Positions 27,491-37,481 of a DNA stretch of 50,796 nucleotides are shown piece after piece; position 1 is the stretch's first letter, and each line of letters starts with the position of its first letter. The notes under the pieces were generated by a model. The model did not search any database. It was not told where the DNA came from and was given only the letters and a program-made list of their open reading frames with translations. This DNA comes from a virus (taxonomy: Duplodnaviria > Caudoviricetes), in IMG/VR virus record IMGVR_UViG_3300020205_001870, positions 1-50,796 of that record; one strand, given 5' to 3'. The translations under genes were made by a program, and so were the position numbers.

Positions 27491-28834
27491 ATGGCTCTGG
27501 ACCCTCGTCTTCTAAAACAAATGGAAGCTGTTGGAATTGGACTTCCGTCCGAGGGCGGTGGCTTTCAATTAGGCCAACGGGAAAAACGTCCGGGGGGTCC
27601 AGTCCCATTACGTCCATATCCGGGGCAAGGAACTTTGCTGTCCAACCAGCGAAAGAATCTTGCTTCTAATTTAATGCCAGAACTTGAAGATGCCTTAAAG
27701 GGGATTGTTGAAACGCCCTTTCAAGAAACTTTTGGTTACAGCCGAGCCCCTATAGGAAATTTGGTTGAGCCGTTCTTTACAGTTAATCTTGTAAAGGACC
27801 TCCCCTTTGAGCATTCAGCTGTTTATCCTATTTTAGGGGACCCTAAAGAAACCGACCATTTCTATCGGAACTTGGGGAATAGGTTGTCTAGCGGAAAGTA
27901 CCCCACTGTCCGTGCGGATATTCAGGAAGTTTATTCTGATCTCCGAAGATTCAACAAAGATTACAGGATGGTCATAGATCTAGGATTGGCAAGGGGTCCG
28001 GGCTTTCACGCCCCAACTGTTGATGCAGCCTTTAAACATGGCATATTGCTTGAGTCAATGGCCACGCATCCAGAAGCTGCAAATATGGGGTCGGTTCAAA
28101 GAAGCAACAGTATTATGCGTTTGCATTCCCAACTAGCCGCTCTAAAGGCTAAAGATGTTCGCGCGGGGGGGCCTTTACTTGCTCAAGCAATTCAACAATA
28201 CCGCAATCTTATTGGCCCATCTGTAGGTTTAAGGGCGGGTCGAGGAGTTGATCGCGTTTTGTTTTCGCCAACCCTAACGTCTCAAGATCCCGTTCAGGCT
28301 CGGGCCGTTGCTGTTGCAGGGAAAGGTATTAGGGAACAAGACCGGGCTAATTTGCGAGCTTTAATTTCCCCCCAGATTGAAAAACAAACTCCTGTTCAAA
28401 ATTTTGAACAACTAGAGAAGTTTGTAAAGTCAAACATGGAACCGGAGGACTGGCGTATTTTGCAGTCTTCAATGGGCCCAACGAGCCGGATGGATCCAAA
28501 GAAAAGGGCGGAAGTTTTAATCCGAGAATTAAAAAGCACGTTGGAGTTTGAAGGCCGTTATCGTGCCTTGGCCGATAGGGCATTAGAGGATTACGCAAAC
28601 ACTGGTAGGCCAGTTAAAAAAGTAAAGTCAAAGCCTGTCGGTAAACAACGTCTCACAAAAGAAGCAGTGGAGGCGGGCATGATTAGCGAGGAAACTGCGC
28701 TTAAACGATTGAAGGCCTTGCAGCGAAAGATGAAACCGGTTACAGGCGGGGGCCCAAAAAATCTTGCTTTGATCATGGCTCTTGCGGGAATTTTGTCTGC
28801 TGGATTTATGGCTATGAATGAGCAGGAGGCTTAA
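27491..28834 (+). CDS. Hypothetical protein with C-terminal hydrophobic anchor
   Basis: 447 aa ORF ending LALIMALAGILSAGFMAM. Confidence 0.7.
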   Translation: MALDPRLLKQMEAVGIGLPSEGGGFQLGQREKRPGGPVPLRPYPGQGTLLSNQRKNLASNLMPELEDALKGIVETPFQETFGYSRAPIGNLVEPFFTVNLVKDLPFEHSAVYPILGDPKETDHFYRNLGNRLSSGKYPTVRADIQEVYSDLRRFNKDYRMVIDLGLARGPGFHAPTVDAAFKHGILLESMATHPEAANMGSVQRSNSIMRLHSQLAALKAKDVRAGGPLLAQAIQQYRNLIGPSVGLRAGRGVDRVLFSPTLTSQDPVQARAVAVAGKGIREQDRANLRALISPQIEKQTPVQNFEQLEKFVKSNMEPEDWRILQSSMGPTSRMDPKKRAEVLIRELKSTLEFEGRYRALADRALEDYANTGRPVKKVKSKPVGKQRLTKEAVEAGMISEETALKRLKALQRKMKPVTGGGPKNLALIMALAGILSAGFMAMNEQEA

Positions 28835-28839
28835 ATAAA

Positions 28840-29271
28840 TTGGCAAAGCCGTCAAAGAAACCAATTATTGAAAATGGGGAAGATGTTATTCGCGCAATGT
28901 TTTCTATTGATGGTGCTGCAGCGGCAATTCAAAGATCGGGCTTTGATGTTGAAGAAGAGGTGTCAATGTATATTGACATAGCCCGTAACTCTCTAGAAGA
29001 CAACACAAGACTTTCCGCGCTACAAAGATTGAATAGGCGTGTACGAGAAATTGCGGAAGTGAACGGTATGATCTCCACTGGATCTGTTAGGATGGTATCC
29101 CATGAAGAAGATGGAACCCTTGTTGAACAAGTCCGGTCTGAATCCCGAATCCTCTCACAGGTTCGAGGACTCACGCTCCCCGGAAGTTCACGCATCTCAA
29201 ATCGAGTATTGCCCCCAGCTGCCCAAATCAATCACGGACCTCAACCAGGTTTTGATGCGGTTGAGAAATGA
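28840..29271 (+). CDS. Putative terminase small subunit
   Basis: Helical protein with DIARNS..DNTRLSALQRL upstream of TerL; GGAGG RBS; positional inference. Confidence 0.45.
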   Translation: MAKPSKKPIIENGEDVIRAMFSIDGAAAAIQRSGFDVEEEVSMYIDIARNSLEDNTRLSALQRLNRRVREIAEVNGMISTGSVRMVSHEEDGTLVEQVRSESRILSQVRGLTLPGSSRISNRVLPPAAQINHGPQPGFDAVEK

Positions 29272-29557
29272 AGACTTTGCGAATTGGGGGGCTTACGTTC
29301 TAGAAGACATTGGAATTGTGGAGGTGGATCGGGCTATTGAGTCGATCTCATCCTTTGGGGAATCAATTCGCCAAGAACTTTGTAGTCCTGCAGGAATACT
29401 GAATGCAAAGTGGACGGAGGTTGCTTTGCGTTTGTACGTGTTGTCCCCCTCCACAACGAATCCCAATGCGATGCTTGCTTCGTTGTGTCAACTTTCAGCT
29501 GCACTTCTTTTTACGGAGGGTCGTCATGCCCCAACCCGATATCGAACAACGTCTTGA
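29255..29557 (+). CDS. Hypothetical protein (start uncertain)
   Basis: Co-oriented ORF filling the gap. Confidence 0.5.
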   Translation: MRLRNEDFANWGAYVLEDIGIVEVDRAIESISSFGESIRQELCSPAGILNAKWTEVALRLYVLSPSTTNPNAMLASLCQLSAALLFTEGRHAPTRYRTTS

Positions 29558-29915
29558 AGAACTCCGAGAATTTTACCCCTCGGATGAACACCAAATTTTA
29601 GACGAAGCTCTAGAGACAATTAAAGAATTGCGTCGTCGAGTTCGGAGGGTCACCTATGGACAACGTATGCAAGATGAAATTCAAGAACTTAATCCTGAAG
29701 CTCAATTCCTAGAGGGTATGGATGAAGCCCTTGTTGGATACGCAGTTCAGTGGGGATCCCCCCCTCTGCCAGTATACGACGGCGAGAAAATCGTTGAAAT
29801 TTTGGCAAAGGACATGGGCTTTGAAGAGGCCGCTGAACACTTTAGCTTCAATATCGAATGTGCTTATGTAGGGTCCGGAACACCGTTGATTCTTCATAGG
29901 CCGGAGCTTGACTAA
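29526..29915 (+). CDS. Conserved phage hypothetical protein
   Basis: GGAGG RBS; EGMDEALVG...VYD...EEAAEHFSFNIECAYVG..TP motif common in aquatic phages. Confidence 0.7.
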   Translation: MPQPDIEQRLEELREFYPSDEHQILDEALETIKELRRRVRRVTYGQRMQDEIQELNPEAQFLEGMDEALVGYAVQWGSPPLPVYDGEKIVEILAKDMGFEEAAEHFSFNIECAYVGSGTPLILHRPELD

Positions 29916-31879
29916 TGGATATTAAAAGGATTCCCGCTCGTGAGCAGGGCAATCCAAACTATCCCCTTCCTTCCGATTACGATACTTTAACGGATGCGGG
30001 TCAAAGACAAGCACGAGTAAATGCTTGTAGACAATGGTTGTTGCCGGAAGACAATCTTGAAAAACGAGGAAACAACCTTGTTGCCTCTGTTTGGTTTTTT
30101 GACCGGTTCTATTTGTGGCCGGATGAAGAAGCCGATTTTAATCCTTTGTTTTATGACGACACTCCCCTAGAGACTCCGGACTTTCACTGGGTTCTTCTTA
30201 GGCAGTGGGCTTCTTATCGGCTTACCGCAGCTGTTGCACCACGCGGTTCAGCGAAGTCATATCTCAATTGCAAAGACATGATGCTGCGGATGATCACGCG
30301 GCCTGCTTATTCATTTGTATATGCAACTTCAACCCATCCAAATGCCCGAGAGGTTGGGGAAAGAATCAAAAGGCAATTCATTCACAACGAAAAGATTGCG
30401 AATGACTTTGGCCCGGAGTATGAAGGGGGGCGTATTGTTCCTCGGCGTGGAGAAGGATCCTTTAGTACCGAACATATGATCCTAAACAACGGGTCTTGGT
30501 TGCGATTACTTAGTGCCTCCTCAAAGCAACGTGGTGGTCGTCCCCGACGATACCGGTTGGATGATCCTGAGTACGACCCAAAGAGCTCGACACCTATGTC
30601 GGTGCTGCGGGCGTACATGTCGGAATTGCTCTTTAAAATTGTAATCCCAATGGTTACGCGCCCGGACACAGGCGTTGATTGGGTAGGTACCTTTGTCTCT
30701 AAGAGACATTACCTATGGCATGCAATGCAATTAGAGGATACCCCGGAAGGGCCTCGGGCCAAGGATCCTCGTTTCAATCGTTGGGCGCGTTTAATTATTC
30801 CTGCAGCAATTGAGGACGCTGGAGAAATGTCCTCTTGTTGGCCGGATATGTGGCCGACTACCCGAAAAGAAAGATTAACAAGGGCCGAGACTCAACCAAA
30901 GTTTAAAGAAGCTCTTTCACTAGAAGAGATTCGCGAAGCTATTGGAGCCTCTAACTTTTCTTCTGAGTACATGGCTTCTCCCGGAGACGGGACAGACGGA
31001 TTCTTTGGGGAGTTGGATGAAACAAAACATGCTTGGTGGTATGAAGAAATTGATGATCGTTTAGATCGTCCCCTTCAAACATCCACCTTTATTTGTTGGC
31101 ACGAACGAATCAAAGATAAATTTGAGGTTCGGCGTGTTTCTCTCCCTGAATTTTTGCGGGATCACTGTCGCACATTTATGACTGCTGACACATCTCATAC
31201 GTCTGGAAAGGATTCAGACTATAAGGCTTGTGCTTTGATGGCTGTCACCCCCCAAAACGATCTTTTTGTTTTGGACCTTTGGGCACATCAAGGCCCTGAA
31301 TCTGAACTTGTCAAAGCAATCTTTGAAATGGCTGACCGATGGAAATGTCCAACGGTTCATCCGGAGGCAATTCGACAAGGGGTGTCCCTGTATAACGCTC
31401 TCGCCTCTATTGTCTCAACAAGAGCCAATGACATGGCAGGGGTGGAACATCTCCCTAAAATCTCTAAGTTGAATCCGGGCATGGCGGAAAAGCAGGATAA
31501 GATTGCGGGTCTGCAATTCCGTTTTGAACATGGGAAGATTAAATTTCCTTTGTGGAGACGGGATCAATTGCCTTGGCGGCACCTCTTTGATCAAGTTGAA
31601 TCCTTTAATCCGGAAGCGCAAGACGGGGGTCTAGAGAAAGACGATTGCTTGGACATTGTGGCTATGTCCCAATTTGTATTGAGGGGGCGGCTTTCAAAAG
31701 TTCCGGGTTCCGACCACACCAAGACCCTATTTGAACGTCTTCGGGACGGAGATTTTTACGATAGTGGGCGGCATATAGGGGAGGGTTTAGATTTATCTTC
31801 CCTAAACCCTCAACAGATAAACGAGATATTGGATGCAAGAACCCCTTCAACAACACACTCCCGGCACACCAAGGTCTGA
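29915..31879 (+). CDS. terL: Terminase large subunit
   Basis: Walker A APRGSAKS, RGGRP, Walker B LDDPE, VGT, nuclease ADTS...DY...DDCLD. Confidence 0.9.
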   Translation: MDIKRIPAREQGNPNYPLPSDYDTLTDAGQRQARVNACRQWLLPEDNLEKRGNNLVASVWFFDRFYLWPDEEADFNPLFYDDTPLETPDFHWVLLRQWASYRLTAAVAPRGSAKSYLNCKDMMLRMITRPAYSFVYATSTHPNAREVGERIKRQFIHNEKIANDFGPEYEGGRIVPRRGEGSFSTEHMILNNGSWLRLLSASSKQRGGRPRRYRLDDPEYDPKSSTPMSVLRAYMSELLFKIVIPMVTRPDTGVDWVGTFVSKRHYLWHAMQLEDTPEGPRAKDPRFNRWARLIIPAAIEDAGEMSSCWPDMWPTTRKERLTRAETQPKFKEALSLEEIREAIGASNFSSEYMASPGDGTDGFFGELDETKHAWWYEEIDDRLDRPLQTSTFICWHERIKDKFEVRRVSLPEFLRDHCRTFMTADTSHTSGKDSDYKACALMAVTPQNDLFVLDLWAHQGPESELVKAIFEMADRWKCPTVHPEAIRQGVSLYNALASIVSTRANDMAGVEHLPKISKLNPGMAEKQDKIAGLQFRFEHGKIKFPLWRRDQLPWRHLFDQVESFNPEAQDGGLEKDDCLDIVAMSQFVLRGRLSKVPGSDHTKTLFERLRDGDFYDSGRHIGEGLDLSSLNPQQINEILDARTPSTTHSRHTKV

Positions 31880-32318
31880 ATCGAAGATACCCCTTTCGTT
31901 ATTTGAGGTAATGTCTCGTTGGTATTTCGGAGGATCTGAACAGAAGGAACCACCTGCTTCCCGGATGGCGGACACGGTGGTCACAATTTCCGATGCTTGG
32001 ATGGGGATCCTTTGTCTTTCCTATTACGGAAATGGACCCCGCCACCCATCCACAGGATTCAGTGGGGGCATAGATGTCCCCCCTAAGGATTCTGTGGTTC
32101 AGTATGCCCAAGTAAAAGAACGTATTCGCATGATCCCCGGAGGATATGCGGCAAGGAAAGCAAACAATGGCGAGCGACCCAATCAAATTGACCAAGGATC
32201 CGCTGGCTCTAGCGCGGATTATCGACCAGCACGTGGACCGGGAGATGAATCGGTTGTCCTACCGCCGAGCGACTTGGCTAGTAGCCCTCTATTACCTAAT
32301 GGGGGCCCGCCAGTTTGA
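31833..32318 (+). CDS. Hypothetical protein between terminase and portal
   Basis: Fills the gap; C-terminus overlaps the portal gene. Confidence 0.5.
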   Translation: MQEPLQQHTPGTPRSESKIPLSLFEVMSRWYFGGSEQKEPPASRMADTVVTISDAWMGILCLSYYGNGPRHPSTGFSGGIDVPPKDSVVQYAQVKERIRMIPGGYAARKANNGERPNQIDQGSAGSSADYRPARGPGDESVVLPPSDLASSPLLPNGGPPV

Positions 32319-34179
32319 TGTGTTTGACCCTGAGAGCGGTTCCGTCCGTTATTCATATTTGGATGAGCACGACCGGCTTGACTTTCAGTCTAGCGAGTTG
32401 CTGAGTGCCGTCGATAAAATTTCGGGACGCTTATCGTCCCTTGATTATCGACCCTTGGTTCAACGAGTCGGTTCTTCTTTGAGCTCTATTCGTCAAAGGT
32501 CTATCGCCCAAATTATGTTGGATCAGGTGGTTTCAGACCACCAATTGGCCCGTGTTGTGCCTCAGTTTAACCATGTGTTTTCACTTCTTGGTTCCTGTGG
32601 AATTACGGGGCACATAGTTAATCACGCCACAATCGGCATGACGGCAGATCTAGAGGTTGTACATCCGATTGAATTGTTTCCATTTCCTAGTTTGGCGCAG
32701 GATTACACCAAACAACGGGGGTTGTTGCGTCAACGAATGGTTTCGTTGGAGTATTTGAAGGAAGTTTTTGGGGCGAAGGTTACTCGCAACAAAGAACGTC
32801 TGGAGTTTTACACGATTAAACCCGGAGAGGTTTACGAACAACAGCAGGCGAACGAGTACACGTTGGGCTCAAATGTTTCTTATTCGGATACCCGAGTTGT
32901 TGGGCACAATCAAGAAGCGGAAGCTCAAGAAGTTGTTCGTGTTCGGGAACTTTGGTTAAAGGGTCCTCGGGACACGGTTTCCCGCTACGTAGTTACAAGC
33001 GGAGAATACGTAATTCACGACGAGGATCTTGAAGGCCGGGAGGTTTATTGCCCTATTGGCTTCGCTCGCTTTATGGAGAATGGAACCTTTCATGGAGCAG
33101 GGGTCTTTGATCTTTTGTTCCCATTGTGTCGCGAGGCGGAGAAACTTCAAAAGTCCTTGTTTAAAAACATTCAGGACCTTGATAAGTACGGCGTTTTGGT
33201 TTTGCCGCATGGCTCATTCAACGCCAACACAATGCTGCGAGATGTTGGGCAGGGCTTGCGAGTCTTCCCGTGGGAGCCAGACCCAATTAGTGAAGGCTTT
33301 AAACCGTTCAATATCAACCCCAATAATACAGGGGACGTTCCGGGGCGGGTTAGTGCATTTGCGGTTCAACAGATCGACCGCCTTAACCCTATCCGAGATT
33401 TGATTGCTGAAAAGGGGCGAGTTGATTCGGCAACAGGATTGCAGTTCTTGGACGAACAAGTAAATCGGGCAATGAATACCCCCACTGCTGGAGTTCAACA
33501 GGCTTGGGGCGATTGTTATAGGAGTGTCCTTGCCGGTTCTGTTCGAGAGGTTGTCTTTAGCCCTAAGACGTTTACCGTAGATCAACTTACCTTGGATCTT
33601 GCGGGCGTGGTTGTAGACCCCGAAACAATGGCCGTAAGCTTTGAGCAGAATCCCCTCCCTTCATTGGCTCAATTGTCCTTTAAAATTAAGGACATTAATC
33701 CCCGCAGTAAGGTTGCTAGAAAGCAAGAAGCTCTTCAACTGCAACAACAGTTTCAATTGGATCAGGACACCTTCATGCTGTTCGCTTTGAAGGAAGGTCT
33801 AGACTTTGCAATGTGGACTGATGAACATCAGAGCGGTTATGAATCAGTGGTTCGTAATTGCCTACTGTTGTTTGGGGACGGAAAGACTCCCGGCCAAGTT
33901 GTTTTGACTCCTCAAACTTCAAAACCAGAAATGCAAATCAGGGTTTTGAATGGGTTCATGGCAAGTCCAACTATGGCGGTCGCCTCTTCGGAGGTTCAAG
34001 ATGCCTTTATCAACTACCATAAAACGCTTATGGGATTCATGGGTCTTGTTCTCCCTAACGCCCTTCCCAATCCTGACGATATGGCTATGCTATCGAAGTT
34101 GGACCAGCAGATGGCCCAGATGCAGGGGTTGCAATCCGGTGGTGCTGGCCAACAGGCACCCCAAATGCAAGGAATGTAA
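32167..34179 (+). CDS. Portal protein
   Basis: ~670 aa after TerL; V.VRELW, Gln-rich C-terminal tail as in P22-like portals. Confidence 0.75.
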   Translation: MASDPIKLTKDPLALARIIDQHVDREMNRLSYRRATWLVALYYLMGARQFDVFDPESGSVRYSYLDEHDRLDFQSSELLSAVDKISGRLSSLDYRPLVQRVGSSLSSIRQRSIAQIMLDQVVSDHQLARVVPQFNHVFSLLGSCGITGHIVNHATIGMTADLEVVHPIELFPFPSLAQDYTKQRGLLRQRMVSLEYLKEVFGAKVTRNKERLEFYTIKPGEVYEQQQANEYTLGSNVSYSDTRVVGHNQEAEAQEVVRVRELWLKGPRDTVSRYVVTSGEYVIHDEDLEGREVYCPIGFARFMENGTFHGAGVFDLLFPLCREAEKLQKSLFKNIQDLDKYGVLVLPHGSFNANTMLRDVGQGLRVFPWEPDPISEGFKPFNINPNNTGDVPGRVSAFAVQQIDRLNPIRDLIAEKGRVDSATGLQFLDEQVNRAMNTPTAGVQQAWGDCYRSVLAGSVREVVFSPKTFTVDQLTLDLAGVVVDPETMAVSFEQNPLPSLAQLSFKIKDINPRSKVARKQEALQLQQQFQLDQDTFMLFALKEGLDFAMWTDEHQSGYESVVRNCLLLFGDGKTPGQVVLTPQTSKPEMQIRVLNGFMASPTMAVASSEVQDAFINYHKTLMGFMGLVLPNALPNPDDMAMLSKLDQQMAQMQGLQSGGAGQQAPQMQGM

Positions 34180-35109
34180 ATGAGTCAACTGGATTCACAA
34201 AGCAAGATTACTTTGGAAGATGGCACTGAGGTTTCGGTTGCTGATTTGATTGCCAGCCATAAAGATTTGAAGGATGCTCTCGCGATCAACGAGAACCTTC
34301 AAAAGGATTTTGATGAGGTTGGTTATTTGTTTCGGTCCGACATGCCTATGGAACGAAGGCAAGAGGCTATTCGTAGCGTTCTTTCTAATTTGGGTTACGA
34401 CGATTCCCAAATTCAACAATACGTACAAGCCACACAGGCTTCATCTGCGGAACCCGAAGCCGTGGACGACGAGGTTGCGGAAGTAGATTCCCCCGACCTT
34501 GAAGAAGATTCGGAAGAGAATTCAGAGGACCCCTATTTCAGTGGGGGTTCACGAGAGGACATCATGAGCGAAGAACGAGCAAATCTACTTCAAAAAGAAC
34601 TTGAAACCCAGCGGGCTGAACTTCACAGGATGCGGGTTCGGGAACTGCGGGATAACCTGAATACAAACTTGGATCGGGTATTGAAAAGTAATCCCGATTT
34701 TCAGAAACTAATAGAGAGCACTCGTGCAACTCGCGGCGAGGAAGGTGTGGGGCAGGCTATGCAGACCTTGCGTTCCCAATTGGAACAACGGGCTTTGGAG
34801 CGCATGCAGTCACGCCGTGCTGCCGCAGGAACTTTTGAGGACGCTTGGATGTCTGAAGAAGTCGATAAGGCGGCAGAGCCTGTTTTGGGAACATTTCGGT
34901 CAGTAATCGGAGATATTGACCGGCTCGGTCGATCTTCGGAAACAGTCACCGGATTTGATGCGCAAGAAATTTTGCGTAGTAAGCCAGTACCTGAACCTGA
35001 GTGGAAATCTGGAGCCACCATCTCGGACCTTGAGTCCCAGATTAAGAGCTTTACAAGTGATTCTCTCCGGCGGGCAATGGCCTCGTCTTCTGGTGAATCT
35101 TCCATTTAA
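34180..35109 (+). CDS. Capsid scaffolding protein
   Basis: Acidic coiled-coil protein between portal and capsid genes. Confidence 0.65.
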   Translation: MSQLDSQSKITLEDGTEVSVADLIASHKDLKDALAINENLQKDFDEVGYLFRSDMPMERRQEAIRSVLSNLGYDDSQIQQYVQATQASSAEPEAVDDEVAEVDSPDLEEDSEENSEDPYFSGGSREDIMSEERANLLQKELETQRAELHRMRVRELRDNLNTNLDRVLKSNPDFQKLIESTRATRGEEGVGQAMQTLRSQLEQRALERMQSRRAAAGTFEDAWMSEEVDKAAEPVLGTFRSVIGDIDRLGRSSETVTGFDAQEILRSKPVPEPEWKSGATISDLESQIKSFTSDSLRRAMASSSGESSI

Positions 35110-35126
35110 AATAAAGGTAAGCAACT

Positions 35127-36857
35127 ATGCCATTTGCAACTACGGGATCAATTTTTGATCGCCAATCTCCCCGCATTCAAGAAGTTTTGAACAAGTCAAT
35201 GAAGGTTTTTTTGGCGGGCCTTGATCCTGTCTGGCGTGACGCAGTTGTTACGAGTCAGGGAATTGGGGCTTCAAGCGACCTTGGCCGAGATCTTAAAATC
35301 ACAAAGCTCTTTATGGGTAGCCTCACAGGCGTGATTGAAAACGGACGCGGCTTTAACGATCAGGATCTCTATGGTGATGCAACGGAAGCTCAAGGAGCTT
35401 CGATGCACCTCCAGTCTACTTCACAGGCGTACCCGAGCCCACTTGAGGGTCCGAACGCCACGGCGTATCGTTTGGCTATTCCAATGCGTTCGCTTGTTAC
35501 AAACTTGATGATCACCCTTGGTGAGAAGCAAGCTGACGCAACTCCTGCTCTTATTGATCAGGTGATTGCACCCAAGTTGACTGCGTTTGCGCGTAATATG
35601 GCCCTTACGCTCTGCAACTACTGGTACCTCTCCCAGAACGAGTCGTACAAGCTCTGCACGGCCACGAACTTCTCGACTTCGGTGGCCGCGGGTACGAACG
35701 CCTTCCGGTTCTCGTTTGAGCCAACTAACTTTGCGGTACATCGGTTTAGTCGTGGCCAACGCATCGACTTCCTTTGGAACGCAACCTACAACTCGGGCAA
35801 CCAGACCGGCGTTCGCGCAAACGATTCGAGCATTCAGTCGTCGGCTGCTACCACCGGAACCCTGAGCCACATTTTGGCCACCCGCGCGACCCGTCTGCAG
35901 GTCCTCATTGAGAGCGTCGATCCGTTGAGCAATAAGGTCACCTGCATTGCGGGCGGAGCTCCGGCTACCCCCGGAAGCGGTGTCAACCCGACCGCGTGGC
36001 AGAAGCACACGGGTGCCCCGGGGTCTGTCACTACGGGCACCGTGGCCACGATGAACACGATGAACGGCTTTGTGGACGTGGTTTACGCCAACAGCCATTT
36101 GTTGAACAACCAAGGTCAAACTAGCTTTACGGGTATTGCAGGTATTAATTCTTGGCTCAAGAATGGTACTGAGACGGGCGCAACCCGTCCGACCGCGCTT
36201 CTTGGTGGGGAGTCAGATTCTACTGACTTCATCGACGTGGTTGAGCGTCCGGAGTTTAAGAGCTTTAAGTATGACGTTAATGGGGTGTTGACGGAATACA
36301 ATTTGAAGCGTTATCTTCAGCGCGTCCATTCGGCCTTTGAGCCACTTGGAAACACCATTGATACGCTTATCGCGTCTGAAGGTGTGTGGAGTGCTTACGA
36401 AGCGCAGAAGATTGGCCAGTATCGTATTGACCGCACAAATCGTGTTGCGTCAATTACGAACGAGGGTCAACAGGAAGGGTTTAGCTTTAACTTTGAGGGT
36501 CATACTTATAAGGGCCATACCTCGCGGTTTGTCGAGGCAGGGACCATGTACGGTATTAAGCTCGGAGGAAAGAACTGGAAGAAGTACGTTCCTCCAAGCC
36601 CCGCAGGTATGTCGAAGATGAGTCAAGCGGACGCATATGTTCCGTTTGAATTTGTGGCAAGTGCTCTTACAGGCACGTCTACAAATCAACTTCCGATCTA
36701 TCAGACTGCGTCGGGCGGAGGCCCCAGCCTAGTTACTCAGGGAAGCCAGATGCCGGGACGTATCCGCATGCAGCTGGTTCCAGATCAGGTTAACGGCATG
36801 AAGCTTGTGAACATTGCCGAGGATCGAATCTATATGGGTTCTAACCCCATTCTGTGA
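35127..36857 (+). CDS. Major capsid protein with a large insertion
   Basis: Follows the scaffold gene; AAAGG RBS; FTGIAGINSWL; followed by a terminator. Confidence 0.75.
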   Translation: MPFATTGSIFDRQSPRIQEVLNKSMKVFLAGLDPVWRDAVVTSQGIGASSDLGRDLKITKLFMGSLTGVIENGRGFNDQDLYGDATEAQGASMHLQSTSQAYPSPLEGPNATAYRLAIPMRSLVTNLMITLGEKQADATPALIDQVIAPKLTAFARNMALTLCNYWYLSQNESYKLCTATNFSTSVAAGTNAFRFSFEPTNFAVHRFSRGQRIDFLWNATYNSGNQTGVRANDSSIQSSAATTGTLSHILATRATRLQVLIESVDPLSNKVTCIAGGAPATPGSGVNPTAWQKHTGAPGSVTTGTVATMNTMNGFVDVVYANSHLLNNQGQTSFTGIAGINSWLKNGTETGATRPTALLGGESDSTDFIDVVERPEFKSFKYDVNGVLTEYNLKRYLQRVHSAFEPLGNTIDTLIASEGVWSAYEAQKIGQYRIDRTNRVASITNEGQQEGFSFNFEGHTYKGHTSRFVEAGTMYGIKLGGKNWKKYVPPSPAGMSKMSQADAYVPFEFVASALTGTSTNQLPIYQTASGGGPSLVTQGSQMPGRIRMQLVPDQVNGMKLVNIAEDRIYMGSNPIL

Positions 36858-36881
36858 TCTGAGTTCTTAAAGACTGATACA

Positions 36882-36919
36882 ATGGGGCCACCTCGTAAAT
36901 GGGGTGGCCCCTATTCTTT
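36882..36919 (+). terminator. Terminator after the capsid gene
   Basis: GGGGCCACC...GGTGGCCCC stem followed by TATTCTTT. Confidence 0.7.
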
Positions 36920-36927
36920 GGAAGAAC

Positions 36928-37479
36928 ATGACTCAATCAGACGACGAAATTACAATTGCCCTGATGATGGGGACAGAGATGACCCCCGAGAAGTATGAAC
37001 TTGTTTCGGATTGTCCTTGGATTGAAAGTTTGAGGCGCAAAACAGGTTTAAAGGATTTGTTTATCCATCGCCATCGAAAAACAGGAAAGTTTGGGTTGGC
37101 GCAATGGAGTGTCAAACCTAAAGTTTTTGGGCAGGGAGTTGCTGCCGCCACAGAGATCTGTCTTTTTTCTGCCCCTCCCGGTCAAAATCCTGCCGACCTT
37201 CCGGATATGGAATGGCTGTTATGGCGGTGTCAACCCGCCCATATTGTTACAGAAGAGGGTAAACAAAAAAGAATGCACGCCCTGAGCGAAAAGCATTTGG
37301 CCTTAGTTGAGCGAAAAAATATGCTCGACGAGATGGAGAAGGTGTTACGAAAAAAGAAATTGAATGAGGCGGCTGAAAATCTGAGTCTTGAAGATGTACC
37401 TGATGATGGCCCTGAGCTGGATGAAATGCGTGAACTATTGCACTGGGCCGTAAATCAAAAGACCATTTCTATAGGGTAA
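36928..37479 (+). CDS. Hypothetical protein
   Basis: Co-oriented ORF after the terminator. Confidence 0.65.
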   Translation: MTQSDDEITIALMMGTEMTPEKYELVSDCPWIESLRRKTGLKDLFIHRHRKTGKFGLAQWSVKPKVFGQGVAAATEICLFSAPPGQNPADLPDMEWLLWRCQPAHIVTEEGKQKRMHALSEKHLALVERKNMLDEMEKVLRKKKLNEAAENLSLEDVPDDGPELDEMRELLHWAVNQKTISIG

Positions 37480-37481
37480 CT

